Assembly: GCA_040400945.1 (NCBI GenBank)
Contig: JBBAPG010000011.1
Span: 10,400 to 74,399 of the forward strand
Reading direction: 5' to 3'
Length of the DNA: 64,000 nucleotides
Source: Polaromonas sp.
Lineage (GTDB): Bacteria; Pseudomonadota; Gammaproteobacteria; Burkholderiales; Burkholderiaceae_C
Positions within the stretch are counted from its first letter, which is position 1. Every line of letters starts with the position of its first letter. A program made the translations under genes and the position numbers. Below, in pieces: positions 60,628-64,000 of the stretch. The notes beneath the pieces were generated by a model, which ran no database searches, had not been told where the DNA came from, and saw only the letters and a program-made list of their open reading frames with translations.

Positions 60628-62828
60628 AACATCGACATCTGCAAGACACCGAGCCACCGCCCTTGAAGACCTGGAAACCCTTTTCTGCCGCCCCCGAGGC
60701 CGCTGACACCACAGGCACACTGCGACGTTGGCGCAAGCTGCTGCGCTGGAACCGCCGCTGGTCGCTCTGGATTTCGCTGGTGGCCTTGGTCGTGGCCATG
60801 TTGGGTACCCTGGTCTGGCTGGCCGGCCGTTACGAGGCCAGCCTGGTGCAAAGCCGGCTGGAGCGCGACGTGGGTGACATCGGCAGCGACATCCGCCTGG
60901 GCCTGACGCGCAACATCCAGTCATTGCAAGCGCTGACCGTCAGTGAGCCCAGCAGCAGCTTCTGGCAAGTCCAGGCCGGTGAGTTGATGCGCCGCCGCCG
61001 CGAGTTGATCCGCATCGAATGGCGTGACTCGAACATGACGCCGCTACAGGTCAGTGAGACGCCGTTCCGTCCGCCCGTCTTTGAACGCATGGGCCGCGCC
61101 AGCGCGCAGCTCGAAGTGAACCTGGCCTGCAGCAACGGCCTGCGCCTGAGCCGCCCGGCCTATGCGGGCAGTTACTTCATACCGCAGCGCGACGGTTTGG
61201 GCATCGAGCTCCTTGAGCTGTGCATACCCGAGATAGTGAACGGCGAGCTGGCCGGCTACACGGTGGCCACGTATTCGCTGCAAGAAATCCTGTCTGAGCT
61301 GGCCGCCAGCCAGGTGGCGCGTGGGCAAGGCCTGTCCTTCACTGAGGCCGACGGCACGCGCCTGGCCATCACCGGCACCTCCATGCGCGGCAGCCGCGTG
61401 TATACCGCGCAGCAACTGCTGGACCTGCCTGGCGTCACGCTGGTCTTGCGCCTGGACAGCTGGAAAGGCACGCCCGACTTTTTCCCCAACATGCTGACGG
61501 CCTTGGTCAGCGCGATGTCTCTGGCCTTGATTGCGGTGCTGCTGCTGCTGGGCCGCGACATGCGCCGCCGCCTGAAGGTTGAAAACGACCTGGCCGAGGC
61601 GCTGGCGTTTCGCAAAGCCATGGAAGACTCGCTCGTCACAGGCTTGCGTGCGCGCGACCTGCAAGGCCGCATCACCTATGTCAACCCGGCCTTCTGCCAG
61701 ATGGTGGGCGTGGAAGCCAAAGAGCTGCTGAACCACAGCTTTCCCAGCCCCTACTGGCCACCCGAGCTGGCCGGCATGTACCAGGACCGGCAAACGCTGC
61801 GACTGGCTGGCGGTAGCCTGCCGCGCAGTGGGCATGAGTCGGTCTTCATGCGGCGCGACGGCACGCGCTTTCCGGTGCTGATCATTGAAGCGCCTTTGAT
61901 CAACGCTGCCGGCAAGCACACCGGCTGGATGAGCGCGATCCTGGACATCAGCGAGCAAAAGCGCATTGAAGAAATGTCGCGCACCAGCCAGGACCGCCTG
62001 CAAGCGACGGCGCGTCTGGCCATGGTGGGTGAGATGGCATCGCTGCTCAGCCACGAGCTGAACCAGCCACTGGCGGCCGTGTCCAGCTACGCCACCGGTT
62101 CACTGAATTTGCTCGATGACGCGGCAGCCCATGCCAGCGCGCCGCCCTTGCACGCAGACTTGCGTCTGGCGCTCAAGCGCATTGCCGAACAAGCTGAGCG
62201 CGCAGGCCGAGTGATCAAGAGCGTGCATGACTTTGTGCGCAGGCGCGACCAGGTGCGCGAGCAGGTGCAGCCCGCCGCGCTCCTGGAAGCCATCATGCCG
62301 CTGGTCAGCTTGCAGGCACGCAAGTTGTCGGTGCGCGTGGTGATCCAGATCGATGCTGCCTGCCCCGACGTGCTGTGCGACCGCACCATGGTTGAACAGG
62401 TGTTGCTGAACCTCTCGCGCAACGGCATGCAGGCCATGCAGGAAGACGAGACGCTGCCCATCAGCCAGCGCGTGCTGACGCTGAACGTGCGTCCGGCCGA
62501 AGCCGGCCAAGCCAAGGGCTGGGTGGCCTTCAGCGTGACCGACCTGGGCGCGGGCATTGCGCCTGAAGTGGCTGAAAAACTTTTCACGCCCTTCTTCACG
62601 ACCAAGGTCGAAGGCATGGGCCTGGGCCTGAGCCTGTGCCGCACCGTGATCGAGCAGCACGGCGGCTACCTGGGTTTTGAGGCGGCCCAGCCACGCGGTA
62701 CCGTTTTCATGTTCACCTTGCCCACCGGGCGTGTACCGGGGCCTGCGCCAACGATGGCGCAAGGCAACCGCGAACCCCGGCTTGAGTCCACCGAGCCTTC
62801 TTTGACAGCCAGGGAGACGCAGCCATGA
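60624..62828 (+). CDS. sensor histidine kinase with periplasmic, PAS and HisKA/HATPase_c domains
   Basis: The H-box is MASLLSHELNQPL, the N-box is NLSRNGMQAM and the G-boxes are DLGAGI...GMGLGL. The PAS region is ITYVNPAFCQMVG. Confidence 0.85.
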   Translation: MKHRHLQDTEPPPLKTWKPFSAAPEAADTTGTLRRWRKLLRWNRRWSLWISLVALVVAMLGTLVWLAGRYEASLVQSRLERDVGDIGSDIRLGLTRNIQSLQALTVSEPSSSFWQVQAGELMRRRRELIRIEWRDSNMTPLQVSETPFRPPVFERMGRASAQLEVNLACSNGLRLSRPAYAGSYFIPQRDGLGIELLELCIPEIVNGELAGYTVATYSLQEILSELAASQVARGQGLSFTEADGTRLAITGTSMRGSRVYTAQQLLDLPGVTLVLRLDSWKGTPDFFPNMLTALVSAMSLALIAVLLLLGRDMRRRLKVENDLAEALAFRKAMEDSLVTGLRARDLQGRITYVNPAFCQMVGVEAKELLNHSFPSPYWPPELAGMYQDRQTLRLAGGSLPRSGHESVFMRRDGTRFPVLIIEAPLINAAGKHTGWMSAILDISEQKRIEEMSRTSQDRLQATARLAMVGEMASLLSHELNQPLAAVSSYATGSLNLLDDAAAHASAPPLHADLRLALKRIAEQAERAGRVIKSVHDFVRRRDQVREQVQPAALLEAIMPLVSLQARKLSVRVVIQIDAACPDVLCDRTMVEQVLLNLSRNGMQAMQEDETLPISQRVLTLNVRPAEAGQAKGWVAFSVTDLGAGIAPEVAEKLFTPFFTTKVEGMGLGLSLCRTVIEQHGGYLGFEAAQPRGTVFMFTLPTGRVPGPAPTMAQGNREPRLESTEPSLTARETQP

Positions 62829-63451
62829 AACCCAGCGTGAACGCCACCGTGTACATCGTTGACGACGACGCCAGCGTGCGTGAGGCGCTGGCCTGGCTGC
62901 TGCGTTCGCGCCGCCTGGCCAGCGAGACTTTTGACAGCGCCGAAGCCTTTGATGAACGCATCACCACCATCAGCCGCGTGCGCGAGCCGTCGTGCGTGCT
63001 GCTGGACGTGCGCATGGCCGGCCTGAGCGGCCTGGCCATGTTTGAAAAATTGATTGGCTACGGCCTGCTGCCCACGCTGCCCGTGATCTTCTTAACCGGC
63101 CATGCCGACGTGCCGACGGCGGTGGACGCCGTCAAGCGCGGGGCTTTTGATTTTTGCGAAAAGCCGTTTTCGGACAACGTGCTGGTCGACCGCATCGAGC
63201 AGGCGCTGGCGCAGTCCGCCGAAAAACTTGCGCTGCAAAACCAGGCCACGGGTTTGCAAGCCCGGCTTGAAGGCCTGACCGAGCGCGAACGCGATGTGAT
63301 GCGGCTGGTGGTGGGCGGCCTGCCCAACAAATTGGTGGCCGACCAACTGGATATCAGCGTGCGCACGGTGGAAGTGCACCGCGCACGCGTGTTTGACAAG
63401 ATGGGCGTGAAGTCAGCGGTGGAGCTGGCCAACCTGATGCGCCATGCGTGA
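62825..63451 (+). CDS. response regulator, FixJ/LuxR family
   Basis: The receiver domain contains VYIVDDD...LLDVRM. The C-terminal LuxR HTH is LTERERDVMRLVVGGLPNKLVADQLDISVRTVEVHR. There is a 4-nt overlap with the kinase gene. Confidence 0.9.
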   Translation: MKPSVNATVYIVDDDASVREALAWLLRSRRLASETFDSAEAFDERITTISRVREPSCVLLDVRMAGLSGLAMFEKLIGYGLLPTLPVIFLTGHADVPTAVDAVKRGAFDFCEKPFSDNVLVDRIEQALAQSAEKLALQNQATGLQARLEGLTERERDVMRLVVGGLPNKLVADQLDISVRTVEVHRARVFDKMGVKSAVELANLMRHA

Positions 63452-63466
63452 GCCTGACGTGCAGAC

Positions 63467-63613
63467 TCAGGCCGACGGGTCTTGCGGATTTTTAGGGGCC
63501 TCGGTCGCGTCCTTCTTCAGCTCGCCCCCTTCGCGGCCTGAAAACATGGTCCACCACACGATGAACACCAAGATCAACAAAGCCCCAAGGGCTTCGAGCA
63601 ACAACAACAACAT
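63467..63613 (-). CDS. hypothetical small membrane protein (48 aa)
   Basis: Lies within ORF 63467..63688. From the ATG at 63613 it reads MLLLLLEALGALLILVFIVWWTMF..., which gives one TM helix. There is no family call. Confidence 0.25.
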   Translation of the reverse strand: MLLLLLEALGALLILVFIVWWTMFSGREGGELKKDATEAPKNPQDPSA

Positions 63614-63638
63614 GCCAACGCCTCTTTGCGGGAACCTT

Positions 63639-64000
63639 ATGAAGCTCGCGATTATCAGCGTCGCTCTGGTGTTGGCGGGTTGCGCCACGCAGAGTCCCCG
63701 GCGCGCTTCGGGGACTTCCGGTACTGCGGGAACCTACAGCAGCTGGCCGGTGCTGAGCGCACCAGCAGACGCACCCGCCGAACCGCTGCCCGCTGGCACC
63801 CGCGTGTTGCAGCAAGCCAAGAGCCGCTGGGTGCCGGTGGCTTGGGCTGAGTTGCCGGGATTTGATGCCGATGCGCTGCACGAGGCCTGGAACGCCTGGA
63901 TCAAAAGCTGCGAACGGCCCGGCCCTGTGTTTGCACCGCTGTGCCCCGAAGTGCGGCAGTTGAGCATTGCCGATGCAGGCGCGCAACGCGCCTGGCTGCA
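63639..64000 (+). CDS. mltA: membrane-bound lytic murein transglycosylase A (lipoprotein), N-terminal part; the gene runs off the window end
   Basis: I translated this frame myself. MKLAIISVALVLAGC is a lipobox. It continues ...WVPVAWAELPGFDADALHEAWNAWIKSCE, which is MltA-like. The frame stays open to the window end. Confidence 0.65.
   Translation, partial: MKLAIISVALVLAGCATQSPRRASGTSGTAGTYSSWPVLSAPADAPAEPLPAGTRVLQQAKSRWVPVAWAELPGFDADALHEAWNAWIKSCERPGPVFAPLCPEVRQLSIADAGAQRAWL

Overview
This is a GC-rich chromosomal segment. Gene content and order (tsaB-rimI, uvrA/MFS/ssb, mnmA, glcB, glnE, an RND efflux operon) look betaproteobacterial and Comamonadaceae-like; that placement is inference only. 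Most of the window is housekeeping or metabolic genes.

The accessory part, about 25.6-41.5 kb, holds a vapBC toxin-antitoxin pair, an orphan XRE regulator, a papain-fold-like hypothetical gene, and a complete type I-E CRISPR-Cas locus on the minus strand. The gene order is cas3-cas8e-cse2-cas7e-cas5e-cas6e-cas1-cas2, then the leader, then the array. The array has 80 full 29-bp repeats plus one degenerate terminal repeat (27548-32466).

The most interesting signal is in the AT-rich cas3-cas8e intergenic region. Two degenerate CRISPR repeat-like hairpins lie on the opposite (plus) strand and flank a 16-nt pseudo-spacer. That pseudo-spacer has an AAG-PAM-flanked partial match 64 bp upstream in the same intergenic region, and two of its three mismatches fall at spacer positions 6 and 12. 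This is the signature expected of a CreR/CreA-like, Cascade-guided regulatory RNA. It has not been tested.

Other observations:
- a tandem duplication of a three-spacer block inside the array
- a single-ORF HMG-CoA-lyase-like / family III CoA-transferase fusion
- a decayed ATPase gene remnant downstream of ssb
- a heparinase II/III-like gene whose signal peptide lies upstream of any canonical start codon

All product calls come from motif recognition in the supplied translations. No database search was possible.
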